Source of the DNA: Marsupella aquatica
Taxonomy: Eukaryota; Plantae; Marchantiophyta
Direction: 5' to 3'
DNA: 64,000 nucleotides
Assembly: GCA_973895155.1 (NCBI GenBank)
Contig: OZ316893.1
Span: forward strand, 24,789,520-24,853,519
In this document: in pieces, positions 24,951 to 37,600 of the stretch
How the letters are laid out: the number at the start of each line of letters is the position of its first letter
Numbering within the stretch: the first letter of the stretch is position 1
The notes under the pieces: model-generated
What the model was told of the DNA's origin: nothing
Database searches by the model: none
The model's input: only the letters and a program-made list of their open reading frames with translations
Position numbers and translations under genes: made by a program

Positions 24951-26619
24951 GATTTAATTAATCAGTGGACCCCATGTTAGTTTAGAGGCAGTTATCTAGA
25001 AACTGAAGCCCAGATGGATCTCCAAGTCTAAGGAAAAAAAATTCAAAAATGGACAAGTCAATGCTTGACACTTGAAACAAATGCCAAACTTACCAAGGCA
25101 ACCATAATTAACATCAATCACAAAACCAGCTATAATGTGAACTACTGTTTAATGTGTGGGCAGCTTAATTATCCACTTTAGCAGAACGGTGTTCAATGGT
25201 TTCCTCCACGGTACCGAAGGGATATTGGATGCACTCAAAGTTGCATTGAAAGTAATCACTTTGCAATTTCTACACGCAGAGAGACGAAGAGAGAGAAGTC
25301 ATTGGTGTCATCAAATCCTAACCTGGCATAATTATCTGAGACAAAAAGTTTCACGGAAACAAATCTCCAATTGTAAAATTTGGAATCGATTGAAAGCTAG
25401 AGAAATTTAGAAACTCATGACCACTCATTGGAAAACTAAAGAACATTGGAAATTCAAAATCCTCAAAACTCAACTAAATCTATCAGTTAAGTTCATTAAA
25501 AAGCTAAAGAAATTCTAAAACTCAGAATCTCCTTAGTACTCGATAAAATCTGTCAATTTTAGGGTTCAACATTCTCATTCTCATGGAAGGGATCAACATT
25601 TTGAAGGTTGTGCAACAAAGATTTTTATTCACGTCAGAGATTATAAAATCATGGGTAAAATATGTTTTTTAAATTACTTACTAAATTCTTACTGAATATT
25701 GACAATCCTTAGCTCATTAGGATTGTCTCTTCAAGATCTTTCCAACTTCATATTAAACGTGAATTTTCATTATGATTTCACTCAACAATGTCAAATCAAA
25801 AATTGCTACCGGGAAAATTTTATGTTTTGAATAAAATCAAAATGTAAATAAAACGGTTTTACCTCAAATTTTTAATCTTTTGATTTGCATGTAGGTTTTT
25901 TTACATTCTCTTTTACGGCATGGCGTCCCAGTTTTTACAAAGAAGTTGCCACAAACACGAATTCAGAACTTACTTTTATCCAAAAACAAGTCCCTTCGTG
26001 TTTGCAGCGTGCCATGATGATGGGGCACGCTGTGGAGCCAGGAATTTTGGAAAGGACCTCTAATGGGGGTCCGTAAATATGTAAAGATTAGAAAATGTTG
26101 TCAAGGCAAGCAATGATGTCAAGGCAAGGTAAAAACATAAAAACTTTACAATGTAGTTGTTGACACATGTTATGTGTGATCCTAACCATACAACTGTTGT
26201 GGTCATGTTCAATAACCCATGCATTGCACATAGAAACTGGGGACGCAAGATATTGGCCATTGCATCATAGAGTCCAAACACAACCAAGTGATAAGAATAT
26301 GTTTTTTTAAGTTTTAAATTCTTTGGAGTATAAATAGTTTCTATATTTTATTTATATTCAATATTTTATGAGAATTTCAAAGTTTTTTCCCAAGTTTTTT
26401 CCCAATTGTTTAAATTTAAATAATTTAGATTAAAATTAATTTCATTAATTTTTTATCTTGGGCAGGTGACTGCAGGCTAATGGGTACTGTAGCTTTGGTA
26501 GACATTTATTTTACATGAAGTTTATGGATAGATCTGATGTTGTAGAAAACAATGTTTTAATGCATGAGTGGTTCCTGCTTTTCGTCTTGTTTGGTAAACA
26601 GTCCACACCGAACACAATT

Positions 26620-26845
26620 GACTGTTGGCTTATCCCTTCTACTTTTCCAGGTTTTCATTTTTTTCACTCAAAACAGCAAGTCAAATTTGAACATAATACA
26701 CTTTTGGCTTATTCCCTCTACTGTTTTGAACATAATTCACTTTTGGCTTATTCCTTCTACTGTTTTGAACATAATTCACTTTTGGCTTATTCCCTTTACT
26801 TTTACAGGTTTTCATTTTTTTCACTCAAAACAACACTCAATTTGA
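26620..26845. repeat. 39-bp tandem repeat
   Basis: TTTGAACATAAT(A/T)CACTTTTGGCTTATTCC.TCTACTG repeated three times, bracketed by a duplicated CAGGTTTTCATTTTTTTCACTCAAAACA. Confidence 0.8.
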
Positions 26846-27266
26846 ATGTCAATCACTGCATTTTTGGCGCAACATTGTGTTATAACTTTTGAGATACTAA
26901 CTCAATCATGGATATCTTTATGTTTTGCAATCCCATGCAGCTCTATCAACGTACCTATGAATCTTATTCATACGTTAAGCTACTCAGCAATTGCTACCAT
27001 CAAGTGGCGGTCGATTTCATGATGGCTAACTCATCTTTTGCATGGTTGACAGTTATGATTTATTCTTTTATTAGCAGCTTTAGCTTTCAGCATTGAGGAC
27101 TCATCCTGGGCCCTCATTGGTTTAACTGTAGTTGGTAGGATCTATACAGAAATCTTACAAAAATAACAGACTACGGTGGCAAAATATAGACTATGCGCCG
27201 TTCCGCACCCAGATGTGAGATGTGGGACCCCTCAAGTCTGTACTAATTTGCCCTCACCTAGCTTCA

Positions 27267-28762
27267 GAGATATATGCTTAATCAACCACCTTTGGACTGG
27301 GTATATGCTTAATCAACCCCCTTTGGACTGTTTCTTGTTTAATCAACCCCCTATGTTAAAATGTGCCTCAATCGTCCCCCTATGTTCAGATCTGCCCCAA
27401 TCGAACCCCCAAAGTATGTTTGTTACCCAATCAACCCCCTTTGATAGTTTATGGTTCATGACATGCCGTGTATTGCAATTGCAGTCTACCTGAACCTATC
27501 CATGGGTGCAAGCGACTTGACCAAACCGTCAAATGTTTCATTTAGGGTCGGCCGCGCCGCGACGACGACGATCAAAGTTTTTATAAATGATGTGAAAACA
27601 ATACGTGTTATGTCTTCAGATGTTCATTATTGAATTGTCTTCGTATAACTTTGTCCAAATATTCATTGTTTCACATTCTGTCATGATGACTTCTGTTGGT
27701 CTTGAGGTTTGGGGGAATCTATTGTATTGGGGGTTATTGGGAAGCTCAGTCTCTTTTCGTTAGAGTTTGCAGGCCATCTAGATGACATTTTAGTGGTGTG
27801 AGGTACATTTAGGGATATCAATGTTGGAGATTTTGATGTCTTTGTGCATCTTTGGCACATTTGAAGTGTACATTTTTTAATGTGACATTTGATCACTACA
27901 AGATAGAGTGTGCCCAAAAACAAGACACAATTGCACATGGGTTTAGGATGTGGCCAGGATAACTGATGGGAAAGCCTATGAGAAAGTGTGTAAGAATTTG
28001 ATTTGTCATCAATTGTTTATGATATGTTTATTCTAGTGAATACACTTTGTTGAGAGTACATAATGCAAAGTGTCCTAGTTCAATTGCTCATAATGGAAGC
28101 AAAGGCAACTCAAATTCAAAACGGCAAACACTTCAAGGATTTTGGAGAATTTTACAAGTGTTTCGATTCTTGGCTGTTATAATGATCTTGCGGTATAAAG
28201 ATTGGAAACATTTTGAGAACATTGAATAATTTCTGAACGCAAGCGTGCCAATTTAGCGTGTCAAAGAGATCCAGCAAACCATTTTCTATTCAGAGTGAGA
28301 ATCCAAACATAGATTTGTCTCTAGTGGAATGCACTGATAAAGATTAGCAACTATATATGAACATTATGGAAATAGCAGGCTCCCAGTTTAATTACCTCTA
28401 AACTTCAGACGAATGGAGACCTCGCTGGAGACCCCCAAATGTTTGAAAACCTTAATAGTTTTGTCTTCAAACACAAAAGTATCCATGACTGCGTCCGCTG
28501 TCATTCGATCTTATCACACGTGGATTGTGGGCCGACTCTTATCTCGACATAATTGCAACATACCACGGATGAGACCATGGGCTCATATGATAGAAAATTA
28601 GAGTTCACCATGGTAAAGTCTCCCTATATTAATGCTCTTCCCAAGAAGTATATGTAAGGAATTGTCAGAAATTGTCAAAGGGGGTCGATTGGGGCAGATC
28701 TGAACATAGGGGGTTAATTAAGTAAGAAACAGTCCAGAGTGGATTGATTAAGCATTTACCTC
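27267..28762. mobile_element. Mutator-like (MULE) non-autonomous TIR element
   Basis: Long imperfect TIRs (GAG.TA.ATGCTTAATCAA..GGACTGTTTCTT..CCCCCTATGTTCAGATCTGCCCCAATCGA) and 10-bp TSD CCTAGCTTCA / CCCAGCTTCA. Confidence 0.85.
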
Positions 28763-28927
28763 CCCAGCTTCAGTGTGTCCCCATATATATAATCTGGAAC
28801 GTTTTTCTTTCTTTACGAGTGGACCAAGTTTTTGTTGAGCACAACAACAGGGGGTTAAAGACCCACTTCAATTCTGGTTGGAGTAAGATTAGAAAACAGG
28901 GTCCTTTTCAAAATTTAAGCCATATTA

Positions 28928-29032
28928 TATATATCACAGTGCCCAAGGGCAAAAAAAGTCAAACCTGGAGACAAGATTCCAAAGGCAAAGCAACCCACTG
29001 AAGGGGAGGAAAAGAGAAGAAAGGGCCCCATT
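28928..29032 (-). mobile_element. Very short retroposon insertion (SINE or 5'-truncated LINE) with TA tail
   Basis: 15-bp flanking direct repeat ATTT(A/G)AGCCATATTA; highly similar to 42441-42528. Confidence 0.7.
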
Positions 29033-32000
29033 ATTTGAGCCATATTAGGTTTGATTTTCTGGCTATTTCTGTACTTTCTTTTTGGGTGAGTAGACCACAA
29101 GCCATGTCTTTGAACATGCCATGAGTTGCTTTTCATGATGCCAATCTGGGACCCCCTAAAGTATGTACTAATTTACTCACAGGTACTTGATCACAACAGG
29201 GACCCAGTCCAATGTTGGTCTAAAATCAGATTCGAATAGCAAAGCCCTTCTAAATTTTTGAGTCAGTTAATCCTTGGGAGCCTTTGAGACCAACCAAAGA
29301 GAGGTTTGTCTTATTGCGAATTTGATATGTCAATTTTTTCAATTGGCCTTAAACAAGGTGGATCTTTTGTATTATTGGATTTTCAAATTGTGCACACTAT
29401 TGGCACAATTTGAAAATCCCCCTCCCTAGTGTTTTTAGTTTCCTTTGTCTAGCCCTCTCTTTAGGCCTATATTTATTTTCAATCTTGCCAACCATTTGTT
29501 AGAATATGATGTTTTTATTCTTATCTTTTAGTTACATCAATTTCACATTTCATTTACTAAGGATAGTTATACCCTAATCTATCTCTTCCCAAGAGTGTAA
29601 GAAAGACAAGGAGACTGAGAAACAAACACTTCAAGTTGATGCCAACCCCTCCCGTTTAACTACTGCTAAGAGGGTTGTTCCTAAGTTTATGGTTTTGGGT
29701 GACTTAGGTGTCACCGACTAAAAGTCATTAGAAGAGGAACATGAAAAGCCCACCACTTTTTTGAAAACTATTTATGTCTGATGTTTTAGAAGCTACGTAG
29801 CTGCAAACTAGAAAAGTGACGCATGGGGATAAAAGTGGCCAATGCTTTGAAAGGCCTTCTTTTTTCTGGTTGCCTCCTTCTCTCAGACAGTCCTCGATAT
29901 ATTCGCTCTGTCTTCTCGGAATAAAGTTTTATTGGTGTAGTTCCCTTCCCCCCAAAAAAGTGGGGCCAACACTTTGAAAGGCCATGAGCAGGGACAAGTC
30001 ACTTAAAAGTAACTTATTTTTGCTTTAAGGTGGTTGGTAAAAAAACTATCCCACATCTAAAAAGGAATCATTAATTATTCTTCTTGAGAGGGAAACACTA
30101 GAAACTATCTTGTAACTTTCTTTTTGCGGATCTTCACAACATTTGTTAGCTTGAAGAAAATTGTCTTGCTGATTTATCTAGATATGATAGTCCTAAATGG
30201 TTTTAACACCTTTTGGGGAAGGTTGCTTAAAGTTAGAGCAACCTTATGTGGCCATTTCTGTACTCCATTTTTCGGGCGAGTCGACCTAAATGCACTTTCT
30301 ACTTGAAGCAGATGTGGGGCCTCTACACGAATCTACCCAGTACCCACAGGTTGTTGAGAATCTGTGTACCCAGTACCCACTCCAATTTTGTATATGGTAG
30401 AGCTTTGGTAACTGGGCATTGCAGGCATGATGAATAGGAAGAAAATAAGTGAGGACCTAGAAATACTTCAAAATGAGTGCTCCAGCTCAAGTTTTGAGGG
30501 GCTGGTATTAAATGTCCATGATGCCCCCTCCGAATGGGGAGATATTACATCTCAAGGCTGACGAGATGTTTCCCTTCTAGTACAAGTAAGGGAGAAGTTT
30601 CAAAAGGCCCTATCCAACTCTGGACTGTGATATCTTCTCCATAATGCACCAATATCATAAAGAGAAAATCACAAAGAGCTTTGAGATCTTGAATAAGACT
30701 TGAATAACGATGCCATTTTCAAATTTTTTTAGACATACTGGTGATTTCTGGGTATTTTTGTATTCCATTTTTTTGGCGAGTAGACCATAGGCAATGGGCA
30801 CGCATCGTTATGCTCCACATGATGCAGATCTGGGACCTCCTAAGTCTGCACCAATTATCAACAGGGTGTTGAGCACACACAACAGGAAGTCAGGGACCCA
30901 CTCCAATTTCGGTCTGGAATCAGATTCGAGTATTAGGGCCCTTGTCAAATTTTGAGCCATAGTGTTTATTTTCTGGCCATATTTTGGCGAGTAGACCACA
31001 CTTCTTGGACATGCATCCTTTGCTTTCCATGTGATGCAGATGTGGGACCTCCTGAAGTCTGTACTAATTACCTACAGGTTGTTGAGAAGAGCAGCAGGGG
31101 GCCAGGGACCCACCAATTTTGATCTGCAATCTTCGAATAATATGGCCCTTGTCAAAAAATTTGAGCCATAGGGTTTATTTTGTAGCCATCTTTTGGCGAG
31201 TAGACGCCATGGACATGTATGGGTTACATGTATACTTACATTCCATGTGATGCAGTTGTGCCGAGACCCCCTCAAGTCATCGTAGATAGAATGTACCATG
31301 TTTTTCTTAATTTACTGGTGGACCAGGTGGTTGTTGAGCACAACAAGGAGTCAAGAATACACTCCATTTCTCATTGGGAATAAGATTCAAATAATATGGA
31401 CTAGAGTTGCACGTAAAATGCCAAAATGGGTGCACTCAGGTTTGAGTTTAGAAACTAATGATCCTGCCGATTGTAGCTGATGTAGCTGGGGTTCGAATGC
31501 CCCGAGAAACTGCATTAGGGCTCCATTCCATTTTCTTTGCCAATGTTACATGTTGGTGAAGTGAGGCAACAAAATACCCTACTGAGGAGGATCCGGGGCA
31601 AGAGCCCACACATAGGACCAGCAGGAGCGTGCAATGTGGAAAGCATTTGTGGAGCTCTCAGTAAGTGACATGGAATGCAAAAGCTGCTAGATGTGGCATG
31701 GACAAAGAGATTGCAGGGCAGAAAGGAAATTATACTCAACGAAGTGTGTAACTCTTTGGGAGTTTTCTAGAGTTAACCATTCTTGGGCAGTGTTTACAAA
31801 TATTGCTTTTTCAGGCTTAACTGGGGTTGGGACACAAAGTTCACCCTGTGAGTTTTGGTACAACTCTATTGTCTGGCCATTTCGGGATGCCAATTTTTGG
31901 CCAGTGGACCACAAGCAATGGTGGACTTGCCTCAATTACTTTCACAGACTGTGCTGCACATGTGGGGGCCCTCAAGTGTGTACTAATTTATTACTGGCCA

Positions 32001-32211
32001 GCAGCGTTTAAACCACTGAACCACCCCAACCCAGAGCCACCCATATTGAATCTTAACACTCGTAGAATCCTTGTTTTCCCAGACAAGACTGCATTGTTGG
32101 AATATATATGTCCTATTAACGTGTAAGTATCTAAATAAAAGAGTGTGTTTTTGTGTGCTTTTGTTTTACTTTTCAGACAAGGGTGTGTTGTAGGAAATGT
32201 TTAGATATCTA

Positions 32212-32622
32212 CACTCTTCACCATAATTAGTGTCATAATTAGTGTGACTAACACTAATTCGAGAGCGACCATTTTTAATTAGTGTCATAATTAGTGTGAT
32301 AACACTAATTCGAGAGCGCCCATTTTTAGGGTCTATTCTCGAATTAGTTTCAGTCGCACTAATTTTATGCTAGCACTATTTTTGTGCACATGAATTAGTA
32401 TTACTGTGATCTTAAGAGTGGAAAAATAGAGAGAGAAATTTTATTTTGAAACATCCATAACAATTAGTGTTATTTTGGGCTCAAGATTATCCATTTTTTA
32501 CAAGCAATTTAATCTAAAGTGGAATTTGTTTTCTGAAAACCAACTAAAATTAGTGTTATTTGAACTCAGAATCATTTTCACCACTAACACTAATTTTTGT
32601 ATAACACTAATTATGGTGAATA
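32212..32622. mobile_element. MITE-like element (possibly CACTA-derived) with multiple subterminal repeats
   Basis: 17-bp inverted repeat TTCACCATAATTAGTGT (32217-32233 and 32604-32620); many internal TAATTAGTGT/ACACTAATT copies; left end begins CACT. No TSD resolved. Confidence 0.6.
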
Positions 32623-33847
32623 TATTCCCCAAGACAAGGTGTTGTTGGGGACTCTTGGGCTTGTTAATTGGCTCATTGGTCTTCCCGGCTGTTTTCCTCT
32701 GTTTTCTCCCATTTTTTTCCCTTAGGGATCCTGTCGGGGATCCTGTGTCCCAGGTAAGGCACCTATATGTATATATTTATTGATATACCTTTAAATGGCA
32801 GGGTATTATAAAAGACTGCAGAATCAAACCGCATTGCTCAATCCGATCTCATTGGAGATGGGCTCAAGGAAGTCTAAGCAAGGTGAGCCATTGGCTCTCA
32901 TTGAAGCCACCTATTCACTAAGCACAAAGGACCAAAAAGTAATAATATAGACAACTATTGTGCTATGGGAAGGTGTTTTTTTGGGCAGTACGTATGGCCA
33001 AAAAATACCCACTGCTAGATTACCCATGCTTGGATTTTTATTTATTTTTTAATTTATTCTGTGTGAAGCCCACGGATGGGGGACCAGGTAGGCCAAAGGG
33101 CTGTTCCCTCCATTTTGAGTTTATGAACAGACCATGGAAGGGATTTTGGCAATAGTGGTTGATATCACACTTCCAAACAATAAAAGTAACCAAATCAGGA
33201 TACAAGACCCCAAATGGAGAGAAGTGATGCTGGATAAAAAATGCATTAAAATTTACAGGCCCTTTTCAATACATGTAATCAACTTCAGACATTTTGGTTT
33301 AGTCCATGGCAGTTATTGACCACCTGCTAGTCTATCCTGACATTACTTTTAATATGCAATGAGCCACTGAAGGGGAGAAAACAATGGGCAAAGGAGACCA
33401 AAGAGCCAAATCTCCCTAGTTGAAGTCCATTCAGACATTACTTTCCAAATGCAGCAGACCCAATAAAGGGGATAAAGCACAGTGGAAAAAGCAAGGAAGA
33501 CTGACAAGCCAAAGAGAACGAGAGCCAAGACCAAGGAAGACCAAAGAGCCAAGTCCAAAAAGCAGGAGAGTCAAGTCTCCCATGAGATTTCTTTGCAAAA
33601 TGCACGAGAACGAATAAAGGGCAGAAAATGGAGAAAACAAGGGAGAAACTGAGGAAATCAAAGAGTCAAAAAGCGAGCTTCACAAAGTCCACAAAGTAGA
33701 GCAGGGGTCATTGTAACATGAGAGGAAACAGTAAAAAAATTCCTAGCATGACCCCTAATTTTTCTGTATCAACTGCACTCTCTAACAACAACCTGGTTGA
33801 GAACATACATTTTTGGGACTCTTCTTTTTGCTAGCCAACTCACCAGC

Positions 33848-34075
33848 CAACTGGAGTCATAAAAAAACACAAAATATATAAAATGCAGCAAAAAGCAAAA
33901 AAATAAATTAAAACACTAGTGTCTCCAACTGGAGTCATAAGAAAACACAAAAAATAAAATGCAGCAAAAAGCAAAAAAATAAATTAAACCAGTAGTGTCC
34001 AACTGGAGTCATAACAAAACACAAAAAATATAAAATGCAGCAAAAAGCAAAAAAATTAATTAAACCACTAGTGCC
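33848..34075. repeat. Three tandem ~76-bp AT-rich units upstream of the ATPase
   Basis: CCAACTGGAGTCATAA..ACACAAAA..ATGCAGCAAAAAGCAAAAAAAT..ATTAAA..TAGTG repeated three times. Confidence 0.85.
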
Positions 34076-34650
34076 TCCCTTACAACGTGCTCCTCGCTAA
34101 CAGAATTCTTGTTTTCTTGCATTATAGAATACCTCGGCATTATATAATACCGTACATCAGTAAGGTGTGTATCATGGTGTGTATCCTGTTTCAAAAAGGA
34201 ACAGCACCCTCGAGCTGTAAGCGAGACTATAGAGGAGAGGAGAGGAGAGGAGAGGAGAGCGCACCAAACGAGGAGATTGAATTCTCCATGCCTCATTTCA
34301 ATCAATTCCCAATGGCGAGGTGTGAGAGAATGTGTGGTGTGTCAATTTGGAGCATAGCTGCTCTAGAGGGCGAGCGAGAGGATTTCTCTTTTGAATTTCG
34401 AGGATAGTCGCTCGAGAAGTCGAGCGAGAGCTTCGGGAGGAGTAAGATCGAGGAGGATTTCTGTGGTCGGGCGGACTGGAAGGAAGGAGGCAGGGTGATC
34501 AATAGATGGTCGTAATTGCTCGTTGCTTTGCAATTGCGCGCGTGGTCGGTTGGAATCAAACAGGTTGGAATGTGAAGACGCACATTCTGCGGAGAAATAA
34601 GTTGACATCAATTGTGTGCTCAATTGTGTGATCAAACCGAAGGAGGCACA

Positions 34651-37600
34651 ATGTCGGTCAATATTACGATAACTCAGCCGCAGTTACGAAAATCTTCGAG
34701 CTCGAGAGTGAATGTGGTCCTTCATCCGGCACCTCGGTATCCTCCGTCTCCATCGGGGGACGAAGCTGAAGAAGCATTGGAGACACGCCAAGTCAACTTC
34801 AAAGTGAGAGGCATGGTTTGTGTGGCTTGTGCGGCATCGATTGAGAAGGTTGTCAAGCGCTTGGATGGGATCGTGGATGCCTCTGTAGCCTTCCTGCCAA
34901 AACGGGCGCAGGTTGTGTATCACCCGAACAGAGTCGAAGTATGTGAATTTCTCTCACTCAAGCTTTTGAATAACTCGAGCTTCTGAATCGCTCAATTTTG
35001 AAGCACTGTTTGAAGAAATCCTGCTCCATGTTGGCTCGGTGGTTTATTTCGAATGAGGGTTGGAAGTTTTTCAACCGCCTTTTGATTCTAGTTGCTCTTT
35101 GCTATTTTTACAGGAGGAAGCGATTCGGGAGGCAATTGAAGATGCGGGATTCGAAGCTTCCATAATGGAAGACACGACGAGCCGGCAGGGCACTGTCATC
35201 TGTCGCATGCGAATCAAAGGAATGATATCTACATCCTGTTGCGGAACCATTGAGGAGATTCTCAATAAAATTAACGGAGTCAAGGGAGCTTCCGTGGCGC
35301 TCGCAACTGAGGAAGCAAAAGTGCACTATGACCCGAACTTGACAGATTATAATAAGCTGATGGAGGCAGTTGAAGATGCCGGATTTGGAGTGGATTTAAT
35401 AAGTGCGGGCGAAGAGAGGAGCAAGGTGCAACTTAAATTGGAGGGCGTCAACTCTGAAAAAGGCGTCAAGCTGATTGAGGTCTCTTTGCAATCTCTGTGG
35501 GGGGTGAAGTCTGTCGAAATGGATGTACAAGGTGAGAAGGTGGCTGTCTCTTACGATCCTGACCTGACTGGGCCCCGGAATTTCATCGAGATCATTGAGC
35601 AATCCGGCGCTGCAGCAGACAAGTACAAAGCAACTCTATTTTTCCAGCGGAGCCAGGGAGGACCGGATAGACGTGTGGAAATTGAGAGGTATCGGAAATA
35701 CTTCATTTGGAGCTTCGTTTTCACCATCTCGGTTGTGCTTCTATCCATGGTGTTCATGTACATACCCAAAATTAAGCGCGGGCTAGATACAAAGGTGGTG
35801 AACATGCTCAACATTGGGCAGGTGCTGAGATGGATTTTGTGTACTCCAGTCCAATTTGTCATTGGGTGGCGGTTTTATTATGGTGCGTACAAGTCCCTTC
35901 GCCATGGGTCTGCCAATATGGATGTCTTAGTAGCTCTAGGAACCAATGCTGCGTACTTCTACTCTCTCTACTCCATCTTGAGAGCCGCAACGAGCCCCAC
36001 TTTTGAAGGCACAGACTTCTTCGAGACGAGTGCTATGTTAATTTCTTTCATTCTTCTCGGGAAGTATTTAGAAATTCTGGCGAAGGGAAAAACATCGGAG
36101 GCCATTGAGAAGCTGATGGATTTGACGCCAGACACCGCCATTCTAATAAACTTGGATGAGACGGGAGCCGTGATTGACGAGAGAGTTATCAGCACTCAGC
36201 TTATTCAACGCAAGGATGTCATCAAAGTGCTTCCGGGTTCCAAAGTTCCCACTGATGGGGTGGTGAAGTGGGGTCAGTCCCATGTCAATGAAAGCATGAT
36301 CACAGGTGAAGCTACGCCCGTGGTGAAGCATGAAGGAGATAAAGTAATTGGCGGGACCATGAATGAGAATGGGGTTCTTTATGTTCAGGCCACGCACGTG
36401 GGTGCCGAGACTGCTCTTTCTCAAATTGTTCAGCTCGTGGAAGCCGCCCAAATGGCCAAGGCTCCCGTTCAGAAATTGGCTGACAGAATCTCGAGATACT
36501 TTGTACCCACTGTAAGTTCACGAGCTTTTCCCTTGGAAACTCAATCCGCAGTCGGTTTCTTGATCAATTCTCTTGACAGGCTTTTATCGGCTCAAGATTG
36601 AAAGTTGTCCTTAACATGACGTTTATTTACCACTTTGAACTATATATGATATCTGCAGGTTGTGGTAGTTGCTCTTCTTACTTGGTTGGCTTGGTACACT
36701 GCTGGGAAAACCCGGGCGTATGCCAAATCTTGGATTCCATCTTCAATGGATGAATTTGAGCTTGCTCTTCAGTTCGGGATTTCCGTGTTGGTCGTTGCTT
36801 GTCCTTGTGCTCTTGGTCTTGCAACACCAACAGCAGTTATGGTTGCTACGGGAAAGGGGGCCCAGCAGGGTGTTCTTATCAAGAGTGGAGTGGCTCTAGA
36901 AAGCGCTCATAAGGTGTTGATTCAAATCAACAACGTTGACTTTACGCAATGATCATGTCTTTTGCTCGATTTTCGTAATACTCTCATTCTTAATTTATGC
37001 TAGAGATACTGTCGTGTTGTGCTAATCTCTTGGATCAACACGTTATCCATTCGATTTGCGTGTTATTACATGCTTCCAGTAGTGTCGTGAGTCTGAGTCA
37101 CCATCCATGAACCTTCGAACTAAATTTTGCGGTCTTTTTTCCCGATGCAGGTTACATGTGTTGTGTTTGATAAGACCGGAACTCTGACCGCTGGGAAGCC
37201 TGTTGTGGTGGAGACTAAACTTTTCGAGACCATGGCTCTTAAGAATTTCTACAGGATATTGTCTGCTGCTGAGGTGAGTCATAGTCTTTCATCTAGTAAA
37301 CAGTCAATTCCGAAGGGCCTTCTGACAGGCGAATAGACTCCTGACTGCTCTTGTGGTTAAGTAAGTTTGACCTTGGAGCAATCATGTAAGAGCTGAATAA
37401 ACAATGTTAATGTTCAACGATAGCGATCATGACTGGAATAAGTAATTACTAACCGAAACTTATTTTGAGATTCTAAGATTCCCACGTTTGGGACATTCGT
37501 GAGTGGACAAAATCGAGTATCAAAGGCGCTAATCTTTACTCCAACGTGTTATATTAATTTAATTTAATTTTGGAGGGTGGGGAGGGTTTAAAAGTTGCTC

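Larger units (their letters stand above)
27190..32000 (+). repeat. Interrupted degenerate array of a ~200-230-bp unit (about 7 copies or fragments)
   Basis: Recurring ordered blocks TTTTGGCGAGTAGACCA / GATGCAGATGTGGGACCCCTCAAGTCTGTACTAATT / GTTGTTGAGCAC..GACCCACTCCAATTT / GGCCCTTGTCAAATTTTGAGCCAT near 27210, 28820-29270, 30260, 30770, 30980, 31190 and 31895. Confidence 0.75.

Noticed and set aside
31465-31510. tRNA B-box-like GGTTCGAATGCC hairpin
   Set aside because: No cloverleaf or properly spaced A-box; too short to call a tRNA or SINE.
27190-32000. CRISPR-like repeat/spacer appearance
   Set aside because: Eukaryotic context, degenerate repeats, homologous spacers and no cas genes.
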